Below, piece by piece: positions 38,306 to 47,665 of a stretch of DNA of 49,027 nt. A model generated the notes under the pieces. That model worked only from the letters and a program-made list of their open reading frames with translations, searched no databases and had not been told where the DNA came from. Within the stretch, counting starts at the first letter, position 1; every line of letters starts with the position of its first letter. The stretch covers positions 1 to 49,027 of the IMG/VR virus record IMGVR_UViG_3300037294_000081, one strand, 5' to 3'. The stretch is from a virus (lineage: Duplodnaviria; Caudoviricetes). The translations under genes were made by a program, and so were the position numbers.

Positions 38306-41300
38306 TTACTCAGCATCATTGCTCATACTATTCATAAAATACGATAGTGCTAACATTGAGCCGTCAACTCCTTTGGTAAATCTCACAGGAACTGGTATAT
38401 CTATCTGAGTTATTGTCGTTGTTGTAATGTCGGCAGGCCCAACACTTATTAATCCTGATATTACTTGACCTGTTCTAGCATCAGCGCCACCGCCTGACAC
38501 TCTAGCAGATATGTACCCTTTGATTGCTCGTTGAGTAGGAATAATGTTATTTGAGTCAGCAATAAATGATTGATCTGTTGAAAATTCTCGAATAACAGTT
38601 CCGGTCCCTCCTACAGAAATTCCGCCTAACACAAGTTCTTCTAACCCGTCTAGTTGGAAAAAGTCTGCACTCAGAGTAACTGTACCAGATGCCTGTTCTA
38701 CTGCAAATAGTTCACCACATCGGAAGTTACCGTCTTGGTCAGTGCTTGTATAGAAAATTCGCCCACCTCCAAACTCGCCAAACTCATTTTCTGGAGCTAA
38801 CACTGTTCCAACTGGATTTAATACAGTTGGATAGTTTGTTTGCACAAAATTTCCTAGACCTATATCTAAGAAATCGTGTCCGGTAATTCTAACTTGACTA
38901 TAATTTTGTCTAATTGTTAGTAACTCAGCATGATCGGGACTTTCTGCAATTCCTAAATTCTTTGCTATTGTTAGTTTTGCGGTAATATTAGGGGCAACAC
39001 CTGATATAAATTCTGCTTGTAATACTCTATAGGTGTAATCGTCAATTGATCCAATAAATAGGTTGTCGCCAGGACTTGGTATTTTTTGTAAGTTTTCAAC
39101 AACTAAGAATTTTCCTATTTGATATTGATCTCTATAACCATTTCCAGTTACACTTACATTAATCGATACATAAAATTGTCCGGCATTTGTAATAGTAGGA
39201 TTGGCAATAACTCCATCACCTATTCTAGCATCAATAGAAACTGCTGCGGTTGCATTAGGATCAGTGATAGTAACTATTGGAGAAGAATCGTATCCTGAAC
39301 CAGGTTCCCATATGTTTATACTAGACAACTTACCGCTAGTAACTGTAGCTCTTGCTAATGTTTTAGTTCCGGTTGTTATAAGTCTGGCAGTTGAAGATGG
39401 TGATTCCAATCCACTAACTGCGACAAATTTTCCATTACCAAACGCAGCAGCTGACCACGATGAAGATGTTATCAACGATCTACTAGCCCATATCAACCCG
39501 TCAGTCGACGTAGCTCCGATAGAAGAACCAGTTACTGTTGCCAAAAATATACCGTTACCATATGTAATAGTTTTCCAACTTGCCGCAGAACCGGGCAGCT
39601 TTCCAGGTGTCCAATTAATTCCGTCTAAGCTAATAAACGAACTAGTAGAACTAGTTCCGTCAATTACTACAAATCTGCCATTACCAAATGCAACTGCTTC
39701 GCAGCCGCCAACAAAAGATCCAGTACTCCAATTAATTCCATCTAATGAATATGCTGTCTGTGTAGCAGTCGAATCGCTAATACTAACCGCAACAAACTTT
39801 CCGTTGCCAAATGCTACACTATTCCATTCTGCATAATCTGGTAATGATGCTCCAGTCCACGTTAGTCCATTATCAACTGATACTATTGCTGCATCTGAAT
39901 AAGCAGCGATTGCAACCCATGTATCTATAGAGTTGCCGTATACTACTGACCTATACGCACCTTCCGGAACCGTGATAGATTGCCAAACTGTGCCATCTGT
40001 TGATCGTAACAGAGATGTTCCAGCCGCTGCTACTACAACAAATACCCCATTACCGTATTTTATAGAACTCCAACTGCCTGCTGGAATTGTACCAGTTGTC
40101 CAATCAGCTCCATTAATACTAGTTGCAACTGTATCTGTTCCTACTGATACAAATATATCGTTGCCGTATGTAATCGATTTCCAACTTGCAGTAGGTAGTG
40201 TTCCTTCTGATGAACTAAAACCAGGATTACTAAATTCAACTCTTGGCTCTATGTAATAAACTGTAGTTGTGTCTAACACTGTTTCAATTTCAGTACCTGA
40301 AGTAATGTGATTCCATCCTATGCTATGTAGCGTCATTTCGCCAACTTCGTCAGTTAGCGTAATTGCTGGACCGCCTTCGGTTTCTGACAATACAATTTGT
40401 ATCAAACTTAAAATTTCTTTAACGTAATAAGTTGTTCCGTATGTTAACCCGCCAAAGTCTGTTCCTGATAATACAACTTTTTGATTTACTACTAGATCAA
40501 GTGCGCTGTTAATTACTATGTAATCTGTTGTACTGTCTACTGTCTCTGTTACACTACGAGGAACAAAATTTTCGTTGCCGATAGTAACATCTTTACTAAT
40601 AAAATCAAATGCAGCAATATAACCGTACTGTCCCGTGCCAGTGCCTGATTGGATGAACAATCTCATTCCTTGATATTGATCCACTGTTTTATTATCAGAT
40701 GCTGATAATCGAATAATACTGTCATCGCCCTGTTGAAGATTGTTTGTATTAAATAGGTACGAGGTACCGCCTAATGCTGTTGAGTCGCCTCGATCTACTA
40801 CTCTTGCTTCAAATACTGCACCGTCTCTGAATTCGTCTCCAGTTAATTCTCCATCTACTCCAGACCCGGATGTAGTAAATGTAGCATTTGAATAATTAAC
40901 TCCTGCATTTGAGAAAAATACTTTCAGTAAACTACCGTTATATATTAACACTGAAGATATATCTGCTTCGTACGAATGATTATTTACGTAGCCAATAATC
41001 GGAGTTTCACCTAAGTCTGAACCAAGTGCAAGACATCCGTATGTACCGTAAGAATTGTTACCGTTAGTTGCACGAATTACTCCCCCAGCTTCACTAAGAT
41101 ATCCAATATAATTATAATAACTAAAAACCGAAACTGCTTCAGTCTTTCCTACGCCGACTGTCCATATTCCGATACCGTCACTTAGAATTTGAGTAAAGTC
41201 GTTACTAACAATTGTTTGATTCCCACCGTTATGTAAATTGCCGTCAATTTTTAATCCAACACATTTTGTTCCGAATGTTGTTACATTTTGGATATAAGGA

Positions 41301-43705
41301 GATTTATTCCCCACCCATGCTGATTCATCATCAGGACCCCAACCTGGATCCAAGCTGGCAAAAGCGCCGGCAGTAACTCTTTTAATTAAGTAGGTATCGG
41401 CTACTGTAAATTCGCCCGATAATCCTTTTAACGTCATGTTACGCAAGCCTGTGCCGTCTCGCAATAAAAACATATTTTGAAGCGCATTTCTTGCACCATT
41501 AGCTGCATTTATATAATAATTTGTTGCTTCGGCAGATTTCCAGTTACCGGAATATAATAAATCGTAGTTAACTGCGGCAATGAACAATTCTATATCTCTT
41601 TTACAAGTTTCTTGGTTAAAATTATATTCTGGATATAATGAAATAATATATCCGATAGCTTCTTGTATTAAAAATTCTTTATTTCTTTCAATTTGTGCAA
41701 TAGTCCTGATAATATTTAAATCTGTACTTGCAACATTAGACCCGCTTATACTTGGTACAATGCCAGGATCTAATATTCTAACAGAGATATTGCTTACTAG
41801 TATTTCTGCCACACTACTAGTACTATCGTCTCCAGCTGCTCCGCTTGTATCTTGGTCTATTTCAGAATACAACTCTGTTATAGATACATTAATAATTACA
41901 GCTCTAATAATATTAGCAATATAAGAAATTGCTGCTGCTGTTTTTTCAGCGTCCGCAGCAGGGATTAACGTAGCAGCAGGTTGTACAATTGTTCCGCGAA
42001 GTTCGTCTCCAACAATTGCTACAAATGCCGGAACTCTAATTGGCAATACTTCGGAATACAATCCTTGTTTAACTAAAACTGTTGCATAGCCTGTAATATT
42101 TTCACAAGCGTATCTAATAGTTTTCCACGGAGAATTTAAAGTTGTTCCGTTTCCTGGCATGTCGGCGCCGGTCGTACTAACATAATAAACTTTAGCTGTT
42201 TCCCAAAGTTTACTCCATTGAATGTTTCCATTGACTACTTTTAAAACATCTCCAGGCTTTTCGATATCAAGTGCTTTTGTACGCACTGTCTCACTTTCAA
42301 CATCAAACCCGTAAGTTTTAATATCACCTATGCTTCTTAATCGATTACTGTCTGTCCCAAAGGTATATAAAACCCAATTTGTATTACCAGTATCTACATC
42401 CGGACGATTATTAGATAACGAATCGTGTATTGCTACGCATCTATAAGCATGTGCAATCCACATAACTACATCACCGATTACATACGTTGTTGATAAGTCC
42501 CATACACCTTGCCACTTTTCTCCAGGAACTACTAGTTCCCAGTAAGTAGAATCAATAGTGCTGCCGTCATCTGGTAAATCAGTATCGTTTCCTGTCGAGT
42601 CTGCAATTGCAACATATAGTTGTCCTTGGCGACGTATTAAGTCTCCAACAAAATACGATGTGCGAATATTCCATTCGCCTCTTATACGTGTACCTATGTG
42701 TACTAAACTCCAAGTAGAAGATTCCGGTGACGGGCGAGAGTTGATATTAAGCAAATTACTTACAAATAAATATCCTCCGTATCTAACGATGTCTCCTAAC
42801 TGATATACAGCTGAGTCTACCCATTGGTGCTCATACTCAAATCCTGGAACAAACAATTCCCATCTTACACTGTCAAAATCAGCATCTGACGTATGCCCGG
42901 AATTGCATATCCATAGTCCGGCGCCGTATTTTACAACATCATTTACTCTGTACCGAACTTCGAAAGTCCATGTGCCTTTGAATTCAGTTCCTGCTCTAAC
43001 TACTGCCCAGTTAGCAATATCAAATTCTAATCCATCTGAAATGTCAGCTGATATGTGACCAACTGTACATCGATATACAACTCCGTTGTATCTAACAAGA
43101 TCGTTTTCTCTGTAACGAGTAGTTTCTGCCCAATCACCTGTCCAGTTTTCTGCAAAACTAACAACTTCCCATTTTAATAATGTTAAGTCGGGCTCAAGTC
43201 CGTCATTAGACTCAGCTGCAGAACTATGAGCAGTTATACAGCGGTATATTATACCAAAATATTTTACAATATCATTTAATTTGTAATATGTAGCTGGAGT
43301 CCATTCAGTTTTCCAATCTTCGCTAAGTGTATGCAATACCCAGTTGTCTATCAGGTCTATTTCGAATCCCTGTTCGTTAATTGCAGAAGTATGAGGAATT
43401 ACACACAAGTACACATTTCCAGCATATTTTACAATATTGCCTTTTGAATAATAATTATCAGGAGTCCACTCGCCTTTCCAAGCATATCCATCTAACATAA
43501 GAACCCATTTAGGCACTGGGGATGGGGGGACATCATTGTTTAGATAATCTAAATCTATATAAAAGTCTGTATCAGCAGTGTGTTGTACTAAGCAAACATA
43601 TGCTTTTCCGTCATAACTGATTATCTCGTCTGGTATATAATCCGTAGTTGCGGCCCATGCCCCACGCCATTTATATCTAATTCTACTTAATTTAAATTCT
43701 GCCAT
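38306..43705 (-). CDS. Giant modular virion protein (1799 aa), paralogue of 29968..38238
   Basis: MAEFKL.RIR start, same W-rich repeats, LPIRVP....VGDELR, SLDPGWGP.D, SNDFTQILSDGIG, FYTSTDQDGNFR. Confidence 0.9.
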   Translation of the reverse strand: MAEFKLSRIRYKWRGAWAATTDYIPDEIISYDGKAYVCLVQHTADTDFYIDLDYLNNDVPPSPVPKWVLMLDGYAWKGEWTPDNYYSKGNIVKYAGNVYLCVIPHTSAINEQGFEIDLIDNWVLHTLSEDWKTEWTPATYYKLNDIVKYFGIIYRCITAHSSAAESNDGLEPDLTLLKWEVVSFAENWTGDWAETTRYRENDLVRYNGVVYRCTVGHISADISDGLEFDIANWAVVRAGTEFKGTWTFEVRYRVNDVVKYGAGLWICNSGHTSDADFDSVRWELFVPGFEYEHQWVDSAVYQLGDIVRYGGYLFVSNLLNINSRPSPESSTWSLVHIGTRIRGEWNIRTSYFVGDLIRRQGQLYVAIADSTGNDTDLPDDGSTIDSTYWELVVPGEKWQGVWDLSTTYVIGDVVMWIAHAYRCVAIHDSLSNNRPDVDTGNTNWVLYTFGTDSNRLRSIGDIKTYGFDVESETVRTKALDIEKPGDVLKVVNGNIQWSKLWETAKVYYVSTTGADMPGNGTTLNSPWKTIRYACENITGYATVLVKQGLYSEVLPIRVPAFVAIVGDELRGTIVQPAATLIPAADAEKTAAAISYIANIIRAVIINVSITELYSEIDQDTSGAAGDDSTSSVAEILVSNISVRILDPGIVPSISGSNVASTDLNIIRTIAQIERNKEFLIQEAIGYIISLYPEYNFNQETCKRDIELFIAAVNYDLLYSGNWKSAEATNYYINAANGARNALQNMFLLRDGTGLRNMTLKGLSGEFTVADTYLIKRVTAGAFASLDPGWGPDDESAWVGNKSPYIQNVTTFGTKCVGLKIDGNLHNGGNQTIVSNDFTQILSDGIGIWTVGVGKTEAVSVFSYYNYIGYLSEAGGVIRATNGNNSYGTYGCLALGSDLGETPIIGYVNNHSYEADISSVLIYNGSLLKVFFSNAGVNYSNATFTTSGSGVDGELTGDEFRDGAVFEARVVDRGDSTALGGTSYLFNTNNLQQGDDSIIRLSASDNKTVDQYQGMRLFIQSGTGTGQYGYIAAFDFISKDVTIGNENFVPRSVTETVDSTTDYIVINSALDLVVNQKVVLSGTDFGGLTYGTTYYVKEILSLIQIVLSETEGGPAITLTDEVGEMTLHSIGWNHITSGTEIETVLDTTTVYYIEPRVEFSNPGFSSSEGTLPTASWKSITYGNDIFVSVGTDTVATSINGADWTTGTIPAGSWSSIKYGNGVFVVVAAAGTSLLRSTDGTVWQSITVPEGAYRSVVYGNSIDTWVAIAAYSDAAIVSVDNGLTWTGASLPDYAEWNSVAFGNGKFVAVSISDSTATQTAYSLDGINWSTGSFVGGCEAVAFGNGRFVVIDGTSSTSSFISLDGINWTPGKLPGSAASWKTITYGNGIFLATVTGSSIGATSTDGLIWASRSLITSSSWSAAAFGNGKFVAVSGLESPSSTARLITTGTKTLARATVTSGKLSSINIWEPGSGYDSSPIVTITDPNATAAVSIDARIGDGVIANPTITNAGQFYVSINVSVTGNGYRDQYQIGKFLVVENLQKIPSPGDNLFIGSIDDYTYRVLQAEFISGVAPNITAKLTIAKNLGIAESPDHAELLTIRQNYSQVRITGHDFLDIGLGNFVQTNYPTVLNPVGTVLAPENEFGEFGGGRIFYTSTDQDGNFRCGELFAVEQASGTVTLSADFFQLDGLEELVLGGISVGGTGTVIREFSTDQSFIADSNNIIPTQRAIKGYISARVSGGGADARTGQVISGLISVGPADITTTTITQIDIPVPVRFTKGVDGSMLALSYFMNSMSNDAE

Positions 43706-43720
43706 TTTTTAATTCCAATA

Positions 43721-44089
43721 TTAGGGTGCAGTTAATGACTCATAGGTATAGCCGTTATTAATTCTTACTACTAGCTGGCCGTCTTCATCTACATAATAAA
43801 ACATAGCTCGATCATCCCAGCGATATTGTTCATATCTTAGATTTTCGTAGACTTTATTGTGATAAACATCTCGGCCTTCAAAAAAATCAACTCCAACATC
43901 TAAGTCGTTATAGTTTTCTTCTTCGTTTCCTATTTCATTCATTTGAATAATATCTGAATCTTTCATTTGATCGCTTCGTACTAAGTATACTGATCCGTCT
44001 TCGCCACGTCTTAATCCGTAGAAAAATCTAGGTGTATCTCCTAATCTAGTTTGAGGATCGGTTCCTAAATAATAACTATTGCTTGACAT
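43721..44089 (-). CDS. Hypothetical protein
   Basis: 122 aa ORF tightly packed within the structural operon. Confidence 0.7.
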   Translation of the reverse strand: MSSNSYYLGTDPQTRLGDTPRFFYGLRRGEDGSVYLVRSDQMKDSDIIQMNEIGNEEENYNDLDVGVDFFEGRDVYHNKVYENLRYEQYRWDDRAMFYYVDEDGQLVVRINNGYTYESLTAP

Positions 44090-44090
44090 A

Positions 44091-44423
44091 TTACGAAATC
44101 TCCACGTAGCTTACTACAACATCGATACTGTTATTTTTATCACTTTCAATTCTAAGTCCTGCTGTTTCTGGTAAAATCAATTTTTCCCCATTAGTAATAA
44201 GTTTAACTGAACTATTAGGACCTATTGTTAATCCTTTAATATACACTGCTTGAACACTGTCTTCACTAACAACATATACCGTTACAGATACTGTGTCATA
44301 ATCTGTAGTGTTGGCAATATTACAACCAATTACTGTAGCTCGTACTCCTTCGGGTATTTGCACAACATCAATTGGAACAATTCCTACATCTTTAATTACT
44401 GCATGTTTAAAACTAGTTGGCAT
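44091..44423 (-). CDS. Small beta-rich virion protein
   Basis: TVIG.NIAN......V.V......YIKGL.I.P..S.......KLIL pattern. Confidence 0.7.
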   Translation of the reverse strand: MPTSFKHAVIKDVGIVPIDVVQIPEGVRATVIGCNIANTTDYDTVSVTVYVVSEDSVQAVYIKGLTIGPNSSVKLITNGEKLILPETAGLRIESDKNNSIDVVVSYVEIS

Positions 44424-44427
44424 GGTA

Positions 44428-45477
44428 TTATCCTAAAGTTAGTACATATGAGAGAGAAATATCATTTGCTTGTGTTTCTGACACTGCACCTGACGCACCT
44501 GCTGGACTTGCCCAAGAAATTCCGTCCCATATTTCTAATGCTTTTGAATTAGTATTGTACCTTGTCATACCAGTTACTGCATATGCATTTGGACGTTGTG
44601 CCTCGGTGCCTCGTGGCGGTACAAAACCGTTTGTGCCTACAAATTTTACATATCCCAACCCTGTTTGATTGATTGTTGTAATTTGATTAGAAACTATGTT
44701 AGTAATAGTATTATCAACAATTTTGAAATTACCTAAACGTATACCGCCTGCGGCATTACCTTCAATAGTAATGTCACCGGTCGTTGTTGTAATTTGATTA
44801 TCTTGAAAAACAAGATTACCAACTTGCAATGTAGGGAGGAATGTAGCATTAGTGTATAAACTTTGTGTGTAGACTGAATTCCATCTTACTAATGCTGTGC
44901 CTAGGTCGTAGACAGCATCAGTTTCTGGTATTAGATCGCTAGAAATACTAGCATTAACAACAATTTCGTCAGTTTGCGCATCACCAATTTGGATGTTACC
45001 ACCGATAACAACATTTCCAGTGGCATTAATGTTTCCGCTAACAACTAAGTTTCCGTTAATATTTGTATTTGCTAATAGATTTATTTCGCCAGTACCGTTA
45101 GGTACTAAATCAATTGAACTATTTGAAACTGTTGTAGAAATTACATTACCTTGTAATTGTAAATCATCAATTTTTAATCTCGAATGATACACCGTAGCTT
45201 CGCCTGCTGCTGCTGCAAACACGATCGTTGAGTCATCGCTGGTAATGGTGTTACCATTGAATTGTAAATTACCAACAGTTAGTTGAGTGTCTACTGTTAA
45301 ATTTGTAGAACGGATTGTACCGTTTACATCTAAGTCAGTAGTAGGGGTAGATGTCCTTACGCCGATGCGGGAGTTGGTTACGTCAAGATAGAGTAGATCA
45401 GTCTCAAAAGCTAAGTCCACACCATCTCTGAGTAGATTAGACTTTAAGAGCTGACCGGAAATACGACCAATAGCCAT
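44428..45477 (-). CDS. Fibre-like structural protein
   Basis: Likely start MAIGRISG at 45477 (GGAG SD); beta-repeat shaft; C-terminal P.GT.AQRP...GMTRYNT...LE.WDG..W module. Confidence 0.8.
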   Translation of the reverse strand: MAIGRISGQLLKSNLLRDGVDLAFETDLLYLDVTNSRIGVRTSTPTTDLDVNGTIRSTNLTVDTQLTVGNLQFNGNTITSDDSTIVFAAAAGEATVYHSRLKIDDLQLQGNVISTTVSNSSIDLVPNGTGEINLLANTNINGNLVVSGNINATGNVVIGGNIQIGDAQTDEIVVNASISSDLIPETDAVYDLGTALVRWNSVYTQSLYTNATFLPTLQVGNLVFQDNQITTTTGDITIEGNAAGGIRLGNFKIVDNTITNIVSNQITTINQTGLGYVKFVGTNGFVPPRGTEAQRPNAYAVTGMTRYNTNSKALEIWDGISWASPAGASGAVSETQANDISLSYVLTLG

Positions 45478-45588
45478 TTGCTCTCCAATAAGGACACCGG
45501 GTTTCACGGATTACCTGATTTTCAGCTTGCGCTCTTTGCCGGTATACCACAGTCGGATCTTACAAAAGACTGGTCATCTTTTGTAATT
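45478..45588 (-). ncRNA. Putative structured 5' UTR / cis-regulatory RNA
   Basis: Relatively GC-rich intergenic region downstream of a TAAATA box (45594-45599); perfect 10-bp hairpin, ATACCGG/CCGGTGT stem, AGC-GCAA-GCT GNRA hairpin, TCCGA pairing with the SD region. Confidence 0.55.
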
Positions 45589-45613
45589 AATAGTATTTAT
45601 GCAGATTGGAGAT

Positions 45614-46681
45614 TTAGCCGAGGATAAGGCTGTATAAATTGCCTAAGTCAGTCATTACTTCTTGAGTTACAGTTTCGCCACCACCTGTTGATATCGACCA
45701 TACATTGCCGTCAAAGCATTCTAAATATATTTTTTCTGTGTTCCACCGGGTTTCACCTACTTCGGGAGAAATTGATCTCTCGCTGTTATTTCCTGAAGGA
45801 ACAACAAAGCCGTTATTTCCTGCTAATAAATAATAGCCAAACCCAGTTGATTGCAAAAATAAAGGTGACCCATTTGTCACTTCTATTTCATTTTCATTTA
45901 TTGATATTTTTTCTAAAACTGTTCTGCCAGAAGCAGGTGCCAACAATAAATCTTCTAACGACTGTATTGTTGTTATAGTTGATGTTATTCCATTTATCTG
46001 TGTTTGATCGCTTACAAATATTTGAGATGTATAAATTCCGTCGCCTAAATTTCCAATTGCGTTAGAATTAGTTGTATAAACAGTATTCCATCGTTTTAAT
46101 GAACTACCTAAATGATAAAGTTCGTTGTTGCTCAATTGAATAGTTTGTGTAAAATCAGTATTTACAGTAACAGTATCAAGAATATTGTCGCCAATTGTTA
46201 ATGTACCTAAACTAGTTAAATTTCCATCTATGTTTATATTTCCTACAACTGATAAATTTCCAGTAACATTGGAATTGCTTAGTATATTAACATAGCCAGC
46301 TCCATTTGGATCTAATAAAATGTTAGAATCATTAATACTGCTTATTGAGTTTCCGGCAACTATTAAATTACTAGTTACAAGTCGATTGTGAAATATTTCT
46401 GTTCCTGAAATAATAACATTAATTTCTCCTACTGAAGTTGTAAACGTATTAGAATTATTGATTCGTATATTTCCGACATCTAACTGATTATCAACCTTTA
46501 AATTGATACTACGAACGTTTCCAGTTACATCTAAATCGTATATAGGCGGTGAAGCATTGATACCAATTTGTTGTGTACCAACATTAAAATATAATAAATT
46601 TGTTTCAAACGCTAAATCTACACCAGCACGTAGCAGATCGTCTGTTAATGCCTGACCTCCGATACGTCCTAGTTGACTCAT
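45614..46681 (-). CDS. Fibre-like structural protein, paralogue of 44428..45477
   Basis: LGRIGGQ.L..DLLRAGVDLAFETNLLY N-terminus and GFVVPSG...R...GETRWNT C-terminus. Confidence 0.8.
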   Translation of the reverse strand: MSQLGRIGGQALTDDLLRAGVDLAFETNLLYFNVGTQQIGINASPPIYDLDVTGNVRSINLKVDNQLDVGNIRINNSNTFTTSVGEINVIISGTEIFHNRLVTSNLIVAGNSISSINDSNILLDPNGAGYVNILSNSNVTGNLSVVGNINIDGNLTSLGTLTIGDNILDTVTVNTDFTQTIQLSNNELYHLGSSLKRWNTVYTTNSNAIGNLGDGIYTSQIFVSDQTQINGITSTITTIQSLEDLLLAPASGRTVLEKISINENEIEVTNGSPLFLQSTGFGYYLLAGNNGFVVPSGNNSERSISPEVGETRWNTEKIYLECFDGNVWSISTGGGETVTQEVMTDLGNLYSLILG

Positions 46682-46682
46682 A

Positions 46683-47258
46683 TTAGTTGGCGTATCCGTA
46701 ATACACTGTTACGTAAACAGGATTGCCACCACCACCAGAAGCAGGAACAGGAGATGTAAATTTAATATACCATCCATCTGCATAAGGTGCATTCGGGCCT
46801 GTTAGACTTCCACTAGAACTTTGTTCAATACTGAAGTTGGTTGTAGAAATTTGCATAACATTTTCAACTAATACAATAACATTGTCATCGCTAGCAGAGT
46901 ATGATGTAACAAAACTAGTATTCAACGGACCAAAGACAGTTTCGGTGCCGTCTCCTGGACCTATTGTCTGTTTTGTAATTGCAGCAGCTAATGGGCTTGC
47001 TACAGTTACCCAAGTGCCGCCTACATATGCTTCAATTGTAGTAAGTGAAGTATTGTAACGGATAGTACCATTAGCATCAGTTGGTTGACGTACTCCTGTT
47101 AGTTGAGGGCGTTGTCCTGTAGAACCTTTGGGTAGCATTAACCCGCCGTGACTATTCATTACTACTCGACCGGCAGGACCGTTGGCATCAGGATAAGCAA
47201 TTAATGTTCTATCATTAATGCTAAACTTAGAAATATTTTTTGTTTTTAAGAATTTCAT
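46683..47258 (-). CDS. Structural protein
   Basis: Likely start MKFLKTK at 47258 (ATGA overlap with the upstream stop); LPKGSTGQRP...GTIRYNT and GDGTETVFGPL modules. Confidence 0.75.
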   Translation of the reverse strand: MKFLKTKNISKFSINDRTLIAYPDANGPAGRVVMNSHGGLMLPKGSTGQRPQLTGVRQPTDANGTIRYNTSLTTIEAYVGGTWVTVASPLAAAITKQTIGPGDGTETVFGPLNTSFVTSYSASDDNVIVLVENVMQISTTNFSIEQSSSGSLTGPNAPYADGWYIKFTSPVPASGGGGNPVYVTVYYGYAN

Positions 47259-47656
47259 ACTGCCAATGCACTCACAGTGACTGACAATTTTGCAGCAGAA
47301 CTTGTACCTACCCAAATTTCATCGCTACTGTCTAATACGATTCTTTCTTCTGAAAAGAAAACTGTTTCCCCTGCGGGGACTTCTAAATTATTTACAATTA
47401 AATTCCCTACCGTTGCAGTCTTTCCATTTCGTACAATATAAATGTTTACACTGACTAAGTTAGCAGTTTCGTCTGAGATAGTAGGAGCAGCAGTATTACA
47501 AAATGCAATAGTTGTAATAGCATTTACTCTTCCAACAACTCCGCCTGATACTGGTCCTCCAGTAGTTGAACTTGTAAAAACTTTTACAGGAGAAGTTACT
47601 GATAATGAATCAACTAACGATAAAGTTCCTTCGGGGGTTTCGTAATTTCTAATCAT
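47255..47656 (-). CDS. Small beta-rich virion protein
   Basis: AITTIAFCN...V.IYIV......IV.NL.VPAGET.....ERIVL...D.I pattern, related to the two other small paralogues. Confidence 0.7.
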   Translation of the reverse strand: MIRNYETPEGTLSLVDSLSVTSPVKVFTSSTTGGPVSGGVVGRVNAITTIAFCNTAAPTISDETANLVSVNIYIVRNGKTATVGNLIVNNLEVPAGETVFFSEERIVLDSSDEIWVGTSSAAKLSVTVSALAV

Positions 47657-47665
47657 AATTATCTC

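Noticed and set aside
45478-45507. Upstream start for the 44428 gene (MKPGVLIGEQ extension), and likewise the extended starts at 11081, 10354 and 47315
   Set aside because: SD or promoter position, stop/start overlaps and paralogue alignment favour 45477, 11120, 10333 and 47258.
45490-45545. Hammerhead ribozyme in the structured leader (CTGA...GAAAC)
   Set aside because: The core reads CTGAAAA rather than CUGANGA, and the three required stems could not be built by eye.
7165-47645. Numerous plus-strand ORFs antisense to structural genes (e.g. 31805..32332, 39201..39836)
   Set aside because: Shadow ORFs produced by the codon bias of Gly/Ser/Thr/Ala-rich genes; no SD or promoter and no recognisable motifs.
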